Origin: a virus
Virus record (IMG/VR): IMGVR_UViG_3300025519_000001
Location: 1-64,000 of that record
Length of the DNA: 64,000 bases
Direction: 5' to 3' (one strand)
The position numbers and the translations under genes are program-made. This document shows, in pieces, positions 20,954 through 33,114 of this stretch (position 1 is its first letter; each line of letters begins with the position of its first letter). Below the pieces are notes generated by a model. It worked only from the letters and a program-made list of their open reading frames with translations, was not told the DNA's origin and did not search any database.

Positions 20954-21340
20954 ATGCGTGAGTACAAGTTTCGCGGCAGACGGATAGATAACGGCGAATG
21001 GGTGCATGGATACCTGATCGAAGACCGTTACATTGTCGGCCCGGTTGTGGAGTGGACGGAGGACTATTTCAACACCGAATTCTGGCTCAAAGTCGATCCT
21101 GAAACGGTTGGGCAATATACTGGCCTGAAAGATCGGAACGGGAAAGAGATTTATGAGGGGGACATTCTCGAAATTGGGTACTACCGATATAAAGTTGAGT
21201 TTTCGGAAGGATGCTTCGGCGCTCGTGATGGGTACGGATTTTCACCATTTCGTAACAGTATATGGGGGATGGGCGGCGTGATCCTCGGAAATGTTTTTGA
21301 ACATCCCCATCTGCTGAAAGGAGACGGGAACGATGCGTGA
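20954..21340 (+). CDS. YopX family protein
   Basis: MREYKFRG...VDPETVGQYTGLKDRNGKEIYEGDI...LGNVFEHPHLL. Confidence 0.92.
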   Translation: MREYKFRGRRIDNGEWVHGYLIEDRYIVGPVVEWTEDYFNTEFWLKVDPETVGQYTGLKDRNGKEIYEGDILEIGYYRYKVEFSEGCFGARDGYGFSPFRNSIWGMGGVILGNVFEHPHLLKGDGNDA

Positions 21341-21740
21341 GATACGTTTCAGGGGAAAGCGTCTAGACAACGGCAGGTGGGTGGAAGGTAGCTACCTCAA
21401 GATGTTTCATGGACTTCACATGGACGGCAATCACCACATCCATTTCATTGTTGACACAAAGGGTATTAGGTATGAAGTCTATCCTGAAACCATTGGGCAA
21501 TACACCGGACTGAAAGACAAGAACGGTGTTGAAATCTACGAAGGTGATATACTCCGTGATCATTCAGGTGTTGGTGAAGTGAAATGGTTGCAGGAAAGTT
21601 GTCAATTTGTTGTCTATGCACAAGTACCCGAACCTGTTTATATTGGTTTTGAATCAGACGGAAACTTAAAGCATACAGAAGTCATCGGCAACATCTACGA
21701 AAACCCCGAACTGCTGAAAGGAGACGGGAACGATGCCTAA
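21333..21740 (+). CDS. YopX family protein (second tandem copy)
   Basis: MREIRFRG...PETIGQYTGLKDKNGVEIYEGDI...VIGNIYENPELL. Confidence 0.92.
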   Translation: MREIRFRGKRLDNGRWVEGSYLKMFHGLHMDGNHHIHFIVDTKGIRYEVYPETIGQYTGLKDKNGVEIYEGDILRDHSGVGEVKWLQESCQFVVYAQVPEPVYIGFESDGNLKHTEVIGNIYENPELLKGDGNDA

Positions 21741-23081
21741 ATATACAGAAAAAGAAATTCTTCATCTTGCAGGAAAGCTTGCGATTGCAGCTAGACTTGT
21801 AGTAAACAGCGATGCTTTAACAATCAGCGATAAGATCAAGGGATTGGAAAAGGCGCTGAATGAATATGACCATGCAATTTTTAACAACACTTTAGAGAAA
21901 GGAGGTGGAGATGAGTGAAAGCATACCACGTTCACGATAAGAAAAATAGTGGAGAAGAAGCGTGTCATGAGATCGTATTCGCGGAAACTGCCGCTCAAGC
22001 CAAATATATCAGCGAAGCCTACAGTAATGGCGTACCGTGGACGGATATATCGGCAATCAGGAAACCTCAGTTTGACCAATACGCTGAAAGTGGTAGTATC
22101 TCGAAATCTGCATATATCGCAGATGGCTGGTATTTCGAGTGCGATGTTTGCGGCAGCTTTAGCGCGACACATGAGAATGGCGAAAAAGTGCTTTGCGATG
22201 ATTGTTACGAAGAAGTTAAAGGAGATGAAAACGCATGATACGGTTGACTGGCAAGCAAACAGTAGAAGTGGAGTTTGATGAGCGAGAACTTGGGAGAGCG
22301 ATTTTGTTATATGTCATGAAAAAATATCTCGCCGCAGATTTTGACGACGCTGGATGCGATTGGATGACGAAAGATGGAAAAGTATATATCGGAAGCCTCG
22401 ATTGGTTAGCGATAGACAATGAAAATGCAGATACCCTTATTGACGCATCAAATATTTTGCAGAGTGGAAGAAGGTTAATTGCCGGATTGGAGGAGCCGAA
22501 GCATGACTGATCGGGAAAAGAAGATCGCGGAGATAGGGGAAGCGGTAAAACAGTATCCTCAGGTAGAAATTAACCTGCTTGAAACCGTTGATTTCCTCCT
22601 GTCCGAACTGGAACGGAAGGACGAGGAGAATCGGAAACTGCGGGAGGAGTTAGACCAACAACGAGCGCAAATCGAGTTCTACAAGGGAGAGGCTAATCTT
22701 CGGTATGAATGGTATTGGGAGCAAAATAAACAACTCCAATTCGCACAGAAAGATAAGGAAAAGCTGATCGAGGGGTTGCGGTGGTATGCAGAGGGCTGGA
22801 TAGACTCTCGGGATGAGGGCCAACGCGCCCGCGAAATCCTCGAAGAGATAGGGGTGAACGTGAAATGAACACATGTGAAAGACATGGGCGGATACGGTGC
22901 GGAGAGTGCGCCTATATAGAGCAACTTGAGGAAGAAAGGGAAAAACTGATCGAGGTTTTGCGGTGGTATGCCGCTACAGAAAACTGGCGGCTATCTCTTA
23001 CCCACATGCTCAATGACAGAGGAAAACGCGCCCGCGACATCCTCAAAGAAATCGGGGTGACGGTGGATGTGTATGATTAAT

Positions 23082-23111
23082 AAAAAGGCATGTCAACGCT
23101 GACATGCCTTT
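23082..23111. terminator. Bidirectional terminator
   Basis: AAAGGCATGTCA-ACGC-TGACATGCCTTT between convergent genes. Confidence 0.75.
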
Positions 23112-23117
23112 GGACTA

Positions 23118-23396
23118 CTAAACAACGTCGTCTTGGGAAACAACGTCAGTCCACTCAATACGACAATTTTTCGCAATTAATGAATAACTACCCCCATCGC
23201 AAGTATAAATATCTCCATCGATTAGCATAATAGTGTGATTATTGATTTCATTGCGAACATTTTTTAAGGCATCTTCTGGTGGGCCAAAGATAGGGAAATA
23301 AATTGGTATCACAAGGCGACCAGCGACAAAAAGTTTTTCCATTGCGAACTCAACTCCCCCGGTCGGTGGTAAGATGCGGTAAATGAATCTTATCAT
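23118..23396 (-). CDS. Hypothetical protein, probably leaderless and SOS-inducible
   Basis: Only minus-strand gene in the area; TATACT -10 box 7 nt before the ATG; LexA box just upstream. Confidence 0.6.
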   Translation of the reverse strand: MIRFIYRILPPTGGVEFAMEKLFVAGRLVIPIYFPIFGPPEDALKNVRNEINNHTIMLIDGDIYTCDGGSYSLIAKNCRIEWTDVVSQDDVV

Positions 23397-23414
23397 ATAG
23401 ATAAGTATAAATCA

Positions 23415-23428
23415 AGAACAAATGTTCG
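23415..23428. promoter_or_regulatory. LexA box
   Basis: AGAAC-AAAT-GTTCG. Confidence 0.8.
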
Positions 23429-23524
23429 TATATTATGGGACAGAAAGTAAGAAAAACAATAATTGTTTGACGAATTAAGAGCGGTTATCGTAAAATTATG
23501 ATTAATGAATGGTGGTGATTATAT

Positions 23525-24217
23525 TTGAATTACGAATTATTTTTTAAATTTTTGGAGGATATAGGAATTAACAACCATTACTTAATAAAAAATAATATCT
23601 TGTCAAGCGAAACAATGCATAGAATAAAGCATGGAAAAAATATTAGGTTTAAGACAATAGAGAAGGCTTGCGAAAAGTTAGGAGTAGATGTTAATGATAT
23701 TACGATTAGAATGGAAGAAGGTTCTTGTGGTGATGAATTTAAATTTAAAGAATGCGACCCAGATATAATTTCAAAATTGAGAAAAAATTCATTAAAAAAG
23801 AGAAAAAAATTTCAAATCGTGGGACTTAAACAACTTCGCAAACAGCAAAAAGTATCCAAAGAGCATATTGCAAATAGCGTAGGTAAAAGTGCCCAGATGA
23901 TTGGAGTATGGGAGCGTGGTGAGCAGGCTATTTACGAAGAGTATGTTGAAAAAATAAAGAAAGTTCTTGATATACCACCTGAAGCAATTATTGAAGTCAC
24001 TGAAAAAAATAAGAACTTAATTTTAAACCATAAAAAATTGCCGAAAATTAATTCTCCGACTAAACAACGATCTCGAACTTACAAATATAGAGGGTATCTC
24101 ATAACACCTACTGGAAATGGCTTATGGAGAGTTCATAATACTTATTTGAGTCAAGAGTACAAAACTTTATCAGATTGTAAAAAATATATTGACTCCAAAG
24201 TGGGAGAAATTCGCTAA
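23525..24217 (+). CDS. Regulator with two XRE/Cro-type HTH domains
   Basis: LSSETMHRIKHGKNIRFKTIEKACEKLGV and LKQLRKQQKVSKEHIANSVGKSAQMIGVWERG. Confidence 0.8.
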   Translation: MNYELFFKFLEDIGINNHYLIKNNILSSETMHRIKHGKNIRFKTIEKACEKLGVDVNDITIRMEEGSCGDEFKFKECDPDIISKLRKNSLKKRKKFQIVGLKQLRKQQKVSKEHIANSVGKSAQMIGVWERGEQAIYEEYVEKIKKVLDIPPEAIIEVTEKNKNLILNHKKLPKINSPTKQRSRTYKYRGYLITPTGNGLWRVHNTYLSQEYKTLSDCKKYIDSKVGEIR

Positions 24218-24223
24218 ATTTAT

Positions 24224-24268
24224 AACCCTGTCGCCTAACACCCGTGACTTTAGTCATGGGAGGTTTAG
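24224..24268 (+). mobile_element. IS200/IS605 mini-remnant
   Basis: TTTAT followed by CCCGTGACTTTAGTCATGGGAGGTTTAG, an end hairpin with a degenerate terminus. Confidence 0.6.
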
Positions 24269-24353
24269 TGATAAAAGTATGATTGCTCCGTTGGTTGACT
24301 ATTTAAAGAAAAAAGGCATTGAGGTTAAATAATAAGGGGAGTGGGGAGAGCAG

Positions 24354-27300
24354 ATGTTAAACAGTATCGAAAAGGTTGTTAAAAAAGAACTAGTTGGTGT
24401 TCTGGTAAGAGTGAAGAAGGAAGCAATCAAGGCATATATTCAAGATGTTGTTGATATTAAAGTTGGTATTACGAAAGACTTTAATAGTAGTAATATGCAT
24501 TTTCTTGTAAAAGTTGATCAGCACAAATACAAAACAGAAGTTGGAAAAGAATACTGGATTGAGGCTAAGTATCTAGATGTAATTTAAAAATGGAAATGAA
24601 AATCTAATTTCGTGGGGAGTTGTTTGATAATGAATCGAGAAGAAGCAACCATTAATTACAGAGCGTATGCATATGATCTCTCGCAAAAGGTTCTTAAGGC
24701 TACCGCTAACGAGCTTCGTAATATCACTGAGTGGGATGAGTATAAACAAACATTGGCTGCCAAAGAAGCGCTGGAAAAACTTGAAGGCAAATGAAACACG
24801 GAATCATGGGAAGGGAGAAAATTAATTATGCTCAAACATATTATTGATGAAGCAATCAAAGCAAAAGGGCAACAAGAGCAAGTTAGAGCAATGAAAGTTG
24901 AGTCGGGAATGCAAGTGATGATCACAAAAGAGAAATTTTCTGAATTTCTGGTTTCGGAGACTGCAATTAAGTTAACAGACGAATTTGAGATGAACATAAA
25001 AGACGTTGATTACGAATGGATTACTGTTCAATTCCGGTCAAAAAACGATACTTCAGATTGGAACCGATTTGTTGATGTTACGGACTTATTTATTAAGGCT
25101 ATGAAAAACTGATTTTATTTGGAAGGGTGGGCGTTTAAAATGGATTTTGAATTACAAATTATTAAATGGTGGAAGCAACAAAAAACAAATTTAGAGTCTC
25201 TGCTGGATGATCAAGATGAACTTGATAAGCTGACAGAAGAAGAGGTTAATGCAATTCGAGTAATTGTACGTTTAGCAGATAAACGTATCGAACGATACTC
25301 AAGGCGATAAAACGGAGATTTCATTAGGAGGTTTGAAAGTGAAAGTTAAGGTCTTTGGAGTTCTGAAATATATTGCCTTGATTTCTGGATTGTTTTTCTT
25401 ATATGGATCAATTGTACAACTTAATTCAAATGATCCAAGTATTGATGATGTCAATTATATCTGGAGTTTTTTATTGACTATGTGCTGTATTTTGTTGGCG
25501 ATTTTCTTCCAAGGAGAACAAAAAAGATAACTTAAATAAAAGATTGGTTTTATGGGGAGGGAATCGAGTGAAGGATAGTGATTATATCTTAGACCAGTGG
25601 AATGAGTTGAAGCAGAAATTGGAGAGCCGAGGAATTGTAATAAATGACTCAGGAGCAAAGAATGATGTTATTCTTGCAATGTCTGCTTGTTTTTATGAAG
25701 GAACTTCTGTAGGTGAAAGGAACGGTCAAAGAGCTGCTTTAACGAAGGTTCAGGAATTAATGGATACTTACAGGGAAGATTCATTGTTAGATATCGAAAG
25801 ATAGCCTATAAAAGACTCGTTTCATGAGGTGATAAATATGTTTCATGTTTGCAGAGTGTGAGTATGGGATATGAAAAACTGATGCAAAGACTACTATCAG
25901 AAGTCACTAAAAATTGAGAGGTAAATTAATATTTGTTCAATGTGCCCATTTAGATGAAAAAGGAAATACCAAATCTACGATAAGTGTTTTAAACGAATTG
26001 AGTGATAAATGGTCGCAAGAGTAATGAATATAAAATAACAAATAAATTGTTTGTCGGGAGGAAGTATTCGTGTACATTGAATTTAAAAATGGAAGCAAAA
26101 TAGTTGGTGTTGATTCTGATAAAATTAATAGAGGATGTAGTTCTAAAAATGTTATAACGTTTGTGAATGAAGATCAAATCCATCTGATCGTATCTAAATT
26201 TATCATTGATGTCATTGAGGAAAATGAAATTTGTAAATGGGTATATGCCGAAGAACCATTTTATAATTTCCATAAAAATAAAGTAAGTTATGATTATTCA
26301 GGCGAAGTTGTAAAAATGTCGTTAAACGAATTTGAAAATATAGCCCAAAATTCATCTTCACTAGAAGAACTTCTGCATGAACTTTATGTTGATAGATGGG
26401 AACCAACATTCATATCAAATTACGGAAAACGGTGGGTGGATTTTTTACAATTAGTTAACGAAAAATATGACGAATGGAAATATGGTAACTTTGAATTATA
26501 TGATGAAGATGGAAATGAATTGAATGAAGAACTTGAAATAAAATTGGATGAAACCCTTAGAAATTTTTTAGAAAATGCGCCAATGGAATTTTATATTAAA
26601 AAAATAGAGCAAAAGTTAAAGGATAATATGCTTTAATATAAATAAAATAAATTTAGACAAAAGAGCGTGGGTTGATTTTGTGGGATAATATAGATATGTT
26701 ATAATTAACCATAGGTATATAATAGATAATTCGTTTCAAGAGTGCAAATTAGATTGAGTGAGGAGACAAGAAACAATGAACGAAGTTCTGACTTGTAAAA
26801 ATTGTGGTGTTGAACTAAATGACAAAATGGAACTTGAGTATAGCCAAACTGCAACAGAATTATTTTGTAGTCCTGACTGCGCTAAGGATTTTTACTTTGA
26901 ATATATGGGTAGCAGTCCGATTGATCTAACAGATGCGCATGATTTGAAAGATAAAGGAATCAAGGTAGTAAGGGGCAAAATTGTCAGTATTAACTGACCA
27001 TGAAAGTTCACTTTTATTTCCCTAAAAAATGGAGGTAATATTTATGGGTTTTAAATTTGATGATGGTGGTTTAAAAAAGTTCCAAAAAGACTTAGAAAAA
27101 ATGGCTAAAAAAGCACAGGAATTAGACGGTGAACATAGAGTTCCGTTTGACCAGTTGTTTAATGAAAAGTTTATGAGGAAATATACTTCGTTTAATGATT
27201 TCGATTCATTCTTAAGCGCTGGATTTGATAATATTGAAACAGAAGAAGATTTTGAAAAAATTCCTGACGAGAAAATGGATGCACACGTAAAAGCGACAAC

Positions 27301-30300
27301 CCGTTTTGACACATGGGAGGAAATGTTGGAAGAAGCAACTAGAGAATGGATAGCAAATCAATTGGGTTTTTGATTAAATAAAAGGTCATGATTTTATTTG
27401 AAGGAGGAGAAAGAAAATCAATAATGAAGCACATTACACTGACATGTAATTTTTGTTGTGAAGAGATTAAACAAGAAGATAAATTTCATACATTTAATGT
27501 ACCTGTTTACATTGATTTTGATGAGAACAAAGTAATTCGTGAAGAATATCATTTTTGTGAACATTGTTATAATTGGCGGTTACATACTTCATTAAGTGAA
27601 TATGAGTTGGAACTGAGAAAAAAATTTAATGATTATATGGCAGAAAATAAGTGGAAAATGTGATCAAATGAATTGTCAGTTTCATGGGAAGGAGATATAA
27701 AGTATTAATGACACTTTTTACTCTTAAAGAAATTCAAAACGATATTGATCGTACTAAACATCTTATTGAAGTGGGAAAAGATGCGGTATATCATGCTGTG
27801 CTTAACGGAAATTTTGAAAAAGCTAAAGCTACTGCTGAACAAGTTGAAGATTTAAAAAAGAAACTAAAAGAGTTTATTGATCAATTGGTTGATTTAAAAA
27901 TTGAAATCTAATAAAAAATCCATTTGATTAGGAGATGATCGTTAATGAGATGGCATAGGTTTTATAATTGCACTATTGAAGGTGTAGAAATTCCAAATCA
28001 ATTTCCCAAAAGTATTACATTATATATTTCAAATGATGAACTTCAGAAGAAACTTAATGAACCGTATAAAGTTTCCTTCTGGTTTACATCATCAAAAACC
28101 AAAAATCAGATTCAAGAGTTAATAAATGGAAAACGTGAATATTGCTATTTTGCCAATGGAATGCAGGATATCGACATCTACATACATGGTGAAGGCTATG
28201 CTATTCTTCATAGTCCTCACGAGATGGAGAACAGGGTATTTTATTTAAAAGAAGGGCAAATAGAAAAAGTACTAAAAGAAATTGAATTAAATTTTAGGGG
28301 ATGAATTAAATGAATGAAGTAGTTATGAAATCATTTGACAAAATGTTAAAAGCAAAATATGAAGCGGAAGATGCGCTAAATAAGTTTGAGCAAGCGCGAA
28401 ATGCGTACAAGGAAGCCAAAATGAATGAATGCATTGATAATATCCTAAGCGTTTTAAAAGAAGAAGGAAATGTAACGGAACGTGACTTAAAGATTTTCCT
28501 GTCGGATCTTATAGCTAGTGTAATCAGCCAATATTGATAAAAAATATTTAAAAGGGAGAGAATGAAGATGTCCCAATGGAGAAACAAAATTGATATCAAG
28601 AGGTTTTTTACAGATGAATCAAATGATGAAGATGTTAAGGCTATTTGTGAGAAATTAATTCCTCAACTTGAGAGAATTCTTGAAAACGAGAATAATAGAC
28701 AAAAGCAAAAATTAGATGATGATTTTCTGTGGGAATTCTCTAATCTAATTGAAGAATTTAAATGGATCAAAGAAAGCATTGAGAAAGAATTGGATGCAAC
28801 TGAATATAGTTTTGATGATTGGACAGAAGCTTTCAACGAGTATTTGAGTCAGTTGTATGATTTAGGAGATACAGTTACAATTAGTCGTGGATGGGGTGAT
28901 ACAGAGAAATTTCTGTGGATTGGTTGAGTAATTGGATTTAGTAAATCGGAGGAATATAAATGGCAAAAATTGAAATTGATATGATTGTGAAAGTAAGTTA
29001 TGAACTAGACCGTAGCGATTTTGAAGAAGATGCAACTGATGAGAAATGCGCAGAATTTGAGCGTGAATGGGCAGAAAATGAAGTGATTGAGTTTTTAAAT
29101 TATGCTGCCAGAAAAAAAGGAATTATTTCCGTGAAAGCTCAAGCAAAAGTAAGAGAGTAAACAGAAAGCTTATATTCTAAGGAGGAGTTAAAATGAATTG
29201 GATCAAACTAAAAGAATTTATTCAACAGCGTTTCAATGAATCAACTGATCTACAAATTAAAAATTCGTTCGAAGAAATATTAAATAAGATGGATGAACTA
29301 GAGAGTCAAGATACTTTCTTGGCATACACTTGTGATGCGGGATGGGAATTGTTGCAAAACGCTAGGCCGGAAGATATGGTTAGCGTATGGACTGATTCTA
29401 ATCAGAGTGATAGTAAATATAAAGTTCGTGTTCGTAAAAATGCTATAATCAATTTTGATGAAAATTTAAAGGTATATGATTGTCGAGTTGGTGGAGTGCA
29501 ATTAATTGGAGAGGTAAAAGACTCTTTTATTGGGGGAGAGCAAAAATGAATGATAAGTATATTCAGCTTGTAAATCGGATTGAACAAGAAATCAGAAAGC
29601 ATGTTGAACTTGAGCGAAAGGCCAGGGAAAATAATGAGTACGCAAACATACACATCTACATGTATATTGCAGAAACACTTCGTCAGATTTTAGATGATGT
29701 TGAAGATAGGCATTACCGATAAAATAACGGTTTTGTTGGAAATTAGGAAGGAATGATGAGATTGAAGGTATCAGAACTTATTGAGCAATTAAAAGAAGTA
29801 GATCCAGATTTAGATGTTTGTCGTATGGGAAGTTGTGGTCACGGAGAACCTGCATTTCCTGAATTAATTGATAAGATTTCGGTTGAGGTAAAGCAGTTTT
29901 ATACCGGAGAGAAAAAACTGTGTTTATTACTAAAAGGGAAATATGAATGATTTATGATGAAACGATGATTTCATTTGGATAGAACCGGAGGTCTTCTTAA
30001 TGCTTTGGAGAAAAAGAAAAGCAAATCCACAATCGGTTCTTGGAATAGTTGCTTTAGCAACACCATTCTCGTACAAAGTTCATGATGTATTAATGTCAAA
30101 TGATAAAGAATCAGGATTCTTCCGAGACAAAGGAGAATCGCTTTTTAAACATGTTATGGCTGCGGCTACTATGATAGCGATAATCGATTTAGAAGATGAT
30201 TATTATCCCCTATACTATTCCGAGATTGTAGACGGCCTAGAAAGACACTATTCGGGGTTGGAGCATTTATGCTCAGACTTTAACGAGTATGTCAGAAGGA

Positions 30301-30678
30301 ATTATCATGTAAATACAAGATTGGACTCGATTGTTCTTCAATGGTTACATGAACGTGTTGGTACAGGAGATACTTCCAATCAGGCAGAAATTGAAATGCT
30401 TGCAGGTGCAGTAAAGGCAATATTTATAGTATATTATGATTGGTTTAATAAAAACAATATGCCGATAAAATGTTAGTTTCATAGGGATGGTGATATTTTT
30501 TATGTATTTAGATGAAGATGATTGGAATACTATTTATGAAATTGAAGAAAGAGTGAACAGTGGGAATGCTACAAATGATGATGCAAAAGAACTTTTAAAA
30601 TTGGTTTGGAAGATGAATGGTAATGTTATTGATCCAAGAACACATGATAAAATTCAAAAACTGATTAATACATTATAA
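24354..30678 (+). other. Array of about 20 small hypothetical genes, many bounded by the junction palindrome
   Basis: ORF track, RBSs, palindromes. Confidence 0.75.
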
Positions 30679-30884
30679 TCCAATAAAAAATCCATTTTAT
30701 GGGGAGATGATAAATTAATGATTTACAAAAATCAAGTTGAGGGAACCGTTGTATTCAGCCGAAGTGATAAGCCTAATACCTGCATTTGTTGTGAAGGCAA
30801 CCATATATACGGGAAACATATTGAATTTGAACCTTTCAAGTCTGTATTTCCGGGTCTAAATGTTACCAGCGTGCAGGATTTTAT

Positions 30885-32353
30885 CCCTCATGTCGGCAGA
30901 AGACCCCCACTTCTACAAGTGGGGGATGAATGACGACTAGATATTTTACCAATAATATTGACTTTTAGTAAACTAATTTGATATATTATCCATAAGGAGG
31001 TGAAAAATATGCCAAAAGGTAAAACTAAAAATATCATTTACGGTTGTCAGAAACAACAATTAAATCATCTTTCCAAAAAAGAATATATTGCATTAAAAAC
31101 AATGTGCCATTTTGCAAAGAATCTATACAATGTTGGATTATACAATGTTCGTCAATATTATTTTCAGGAACAAAAATATTTGTCCTATGAATCTAATTAT
31201 TATCTTTCTAAAGATAACGAAAATTATAAATCATTAAACAGCAATATGGCACAACAAATATTAAAAGAAGTTGACACGGTGTTCAAATCATTTTTTGGAT
31301 TAATACAAAAAGCCAAACAATCTAATTATGATTTTAGAAACATTAGTCTTCCACGTTACTTGGAAAAAGATAGTTATTTCACCTTAGTCATCGGCCAAAT
31401 TCGTATAAAACCAGACATGACTTTAGATATTCCTATGTCGCCAGCGTTCAAGAGAGAATATGGTAAAGTAACCATTAAAGTACCTGAAAATCTTCGTAAT
31501 AAAAAGATTAAAGAAATTCGTATTATTCCTAAATACAAGGCAAGGTTTTTTGAGATTCAATATACGTATGAAGCTATTGAAGTTCAAAAAGAGTTAGATC
31601 AAAATCATGTACTTGCTATTGATTTAGGATTGGATAATTTGGCTACTTGTGTTACGAATTGGGGTAAATGTTTTATTGTTGATGGTAAAAGGTTGAAATC
31701 TATTAATCAGTGGTACAACAAAGAAAATTCAAGACTACAAAGCATCAAAGATAAGCAAAAATTAAAAGGAATAACCAAGAAACAAGCGATACTTGCAATA
31801 AATCGCAATAATCAAGTTAATGACTATATTCGCAAAACTTCAAGGATTATTGTTGACTATTGTATTAAAAACAATATTGGCTCTCTTGTGATTGGATACA
31901 ATCCAACTCTGCAACAGGGTAGCAATATGGGCAAAAGAAACAATCAAAACTTTGTGAATATTCCAATTGGTCAATTAAGAGAAAATATCAAATATCTTTG
32001 TAAGATTAATGGAATTCAATACAAAGAACAAGAAGAAAGTTATACAAGCAAAGCAAGTTTCTTCGATAACGATGATCTTCCTGTTTACAATGCTGATAAT
32101 CCTCAAAAATATGAGTTTAGCGGCAAACGTATTACAAGAGGGCAATATCAAAGTAAGAGTGGTAGAATTATTAATGCTGATGTAAATGGTGCATTAAATA
32201 TTTTGCGTAAAAGTAAACTGGTGGATTTAATAATCCTACAGTGTAGCGGCGATTTGGACACGCCTTTGAGAATAAGGGTTGCTTGACCAAACTTCTCAAG
32301 AATCCCCCGCTTCTAAGTGAACGAAAGTGAGCGTAAGCGGTGGGAGGGTTCAA
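30885..32353 (+). mobile_element. IS200/IS605-family element, TnpB only; inserted after TTTAT, ends in TTCAA
   Basis: Left-end hairpin CCCCCACTT/AAGTGGGGG, right-end hairpin and TTCAA; precise excision restores the host ORF; no tnpA. Confidence 0.9.
31000..32286 (+). CDS. tnpB: TnpB (RNA-guided RuvC nuclease family)
   Basis: AIDLGLDNLA, EESYTSK and INADVNGALNI motifs; likely start ATG 31009. Confidence 0.93.
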   Translation: MKNMPKGKTKNIIYGCQKQQLNHLSKKEYIALKTMCHFAKNLYNVGLYNVRQYYFQEQKYLSYESNYYLSKDNENYKSLNSNMAQQILKEVDTVFKSFFGLIQKAKQSNYDFRNISLPRYLEKDSYFTLVIGQIRIKPDMTLDIPMSPAFKREYGKVTIKVPENLRNKKIKEIRIIPKYKARFFEIQYTYEAIEVQKELDQNHVLAIDLGLDNLATCVTNWGKCFIVDGKRLKSINQWYNKENSRLQSIKDKQKLKGITKKQAILAINRNNQVNDYIRKTSRIIVDYCIKNNIGSLVIGYNPTLQQGSNMGKRNNQNFVNIPIGQLRENIKYLCKINGIQYKEQEESYTSKASFFDNDDLPVYNADNPQKYEFSGKRITRGQYQSKSGRIINADVNGALNILRKSKLVDLIILQCSGDLDTPLRIRVA

Positions 32354-33114
32354 CAGAGAATGTTTAACATTGGCTCCCAGAGAGATAGAGGGAAAGAAAG
32401 CAAGGGTTACAGTAGAATTTTTTGAATAAAAAGTTCATTTTATTGGGAGATGGGGAGTTTGGAAAATATCAAACAATATTATATTAATCGTATTATTAAT
32501 CTTGCAGCCGAAAATAATATATATGAGTATACAGTAAAGAATCTTAGCGATAAAGAGGAGTATGAATTGATTGCTATCTGGGATACACTTAGATGGAAAT
32601 ATGGCGATCTAGCGACTCACAACAGACAATAAAAATACTATTTGAGGGAGAGATGAAAATTGATATATCTTGAAAAATTCATTGAACAATTTACAGATGA
32701 AGAACTTGAAAAATGTTTTATTGAAATTTACGAATGGAGAAAAGTCGGAGTTTTGCCTACTGATGCATTAACTCGTAAGGCATGGAATGATTATAAGAAA
32801 CAAAGCCAAAATGAGTCATTCCCTATTCATGCTATGCCTGAAGCAATATTTTTTGAAATTTGCAAACGCAAATATCGTGAAGATGGAATTAATGTTTGAA
32901 TCACATGACTTATTTATTGGAAGTGAATACATTTGAATAATAGGCAAGCGAGTATAGATTATTATAAATCAATGGGTTACAGATACACCTGTCCAAATAA
33001 TATAACGAAGCACACAAAATTAAAACATGTTAACAAAAACATGTTTATTTGTGTGCATTTTTATGTTACAATAGCGGTTGGAATAAAAAATATTTTGGAC
33101 AGGAGTTGTTTTGA

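Larger units (their letters stand above)
30718..32429 (+). pseudogene. About 80-aa gene interrupted by an IS605-family element
   Basis: Removing 30885-32353 restores the in-frame sequence ...VQDFIRECLTLAPREIEGKKARVTVEFFE*. Confidence 0.85.

Noticed and set aside
20954-23080. Diversity-generating retroelement (template and variable repeats)
   Set aside because: No reverse transcriptase in the window, and differences between repeats are not adenine-specific
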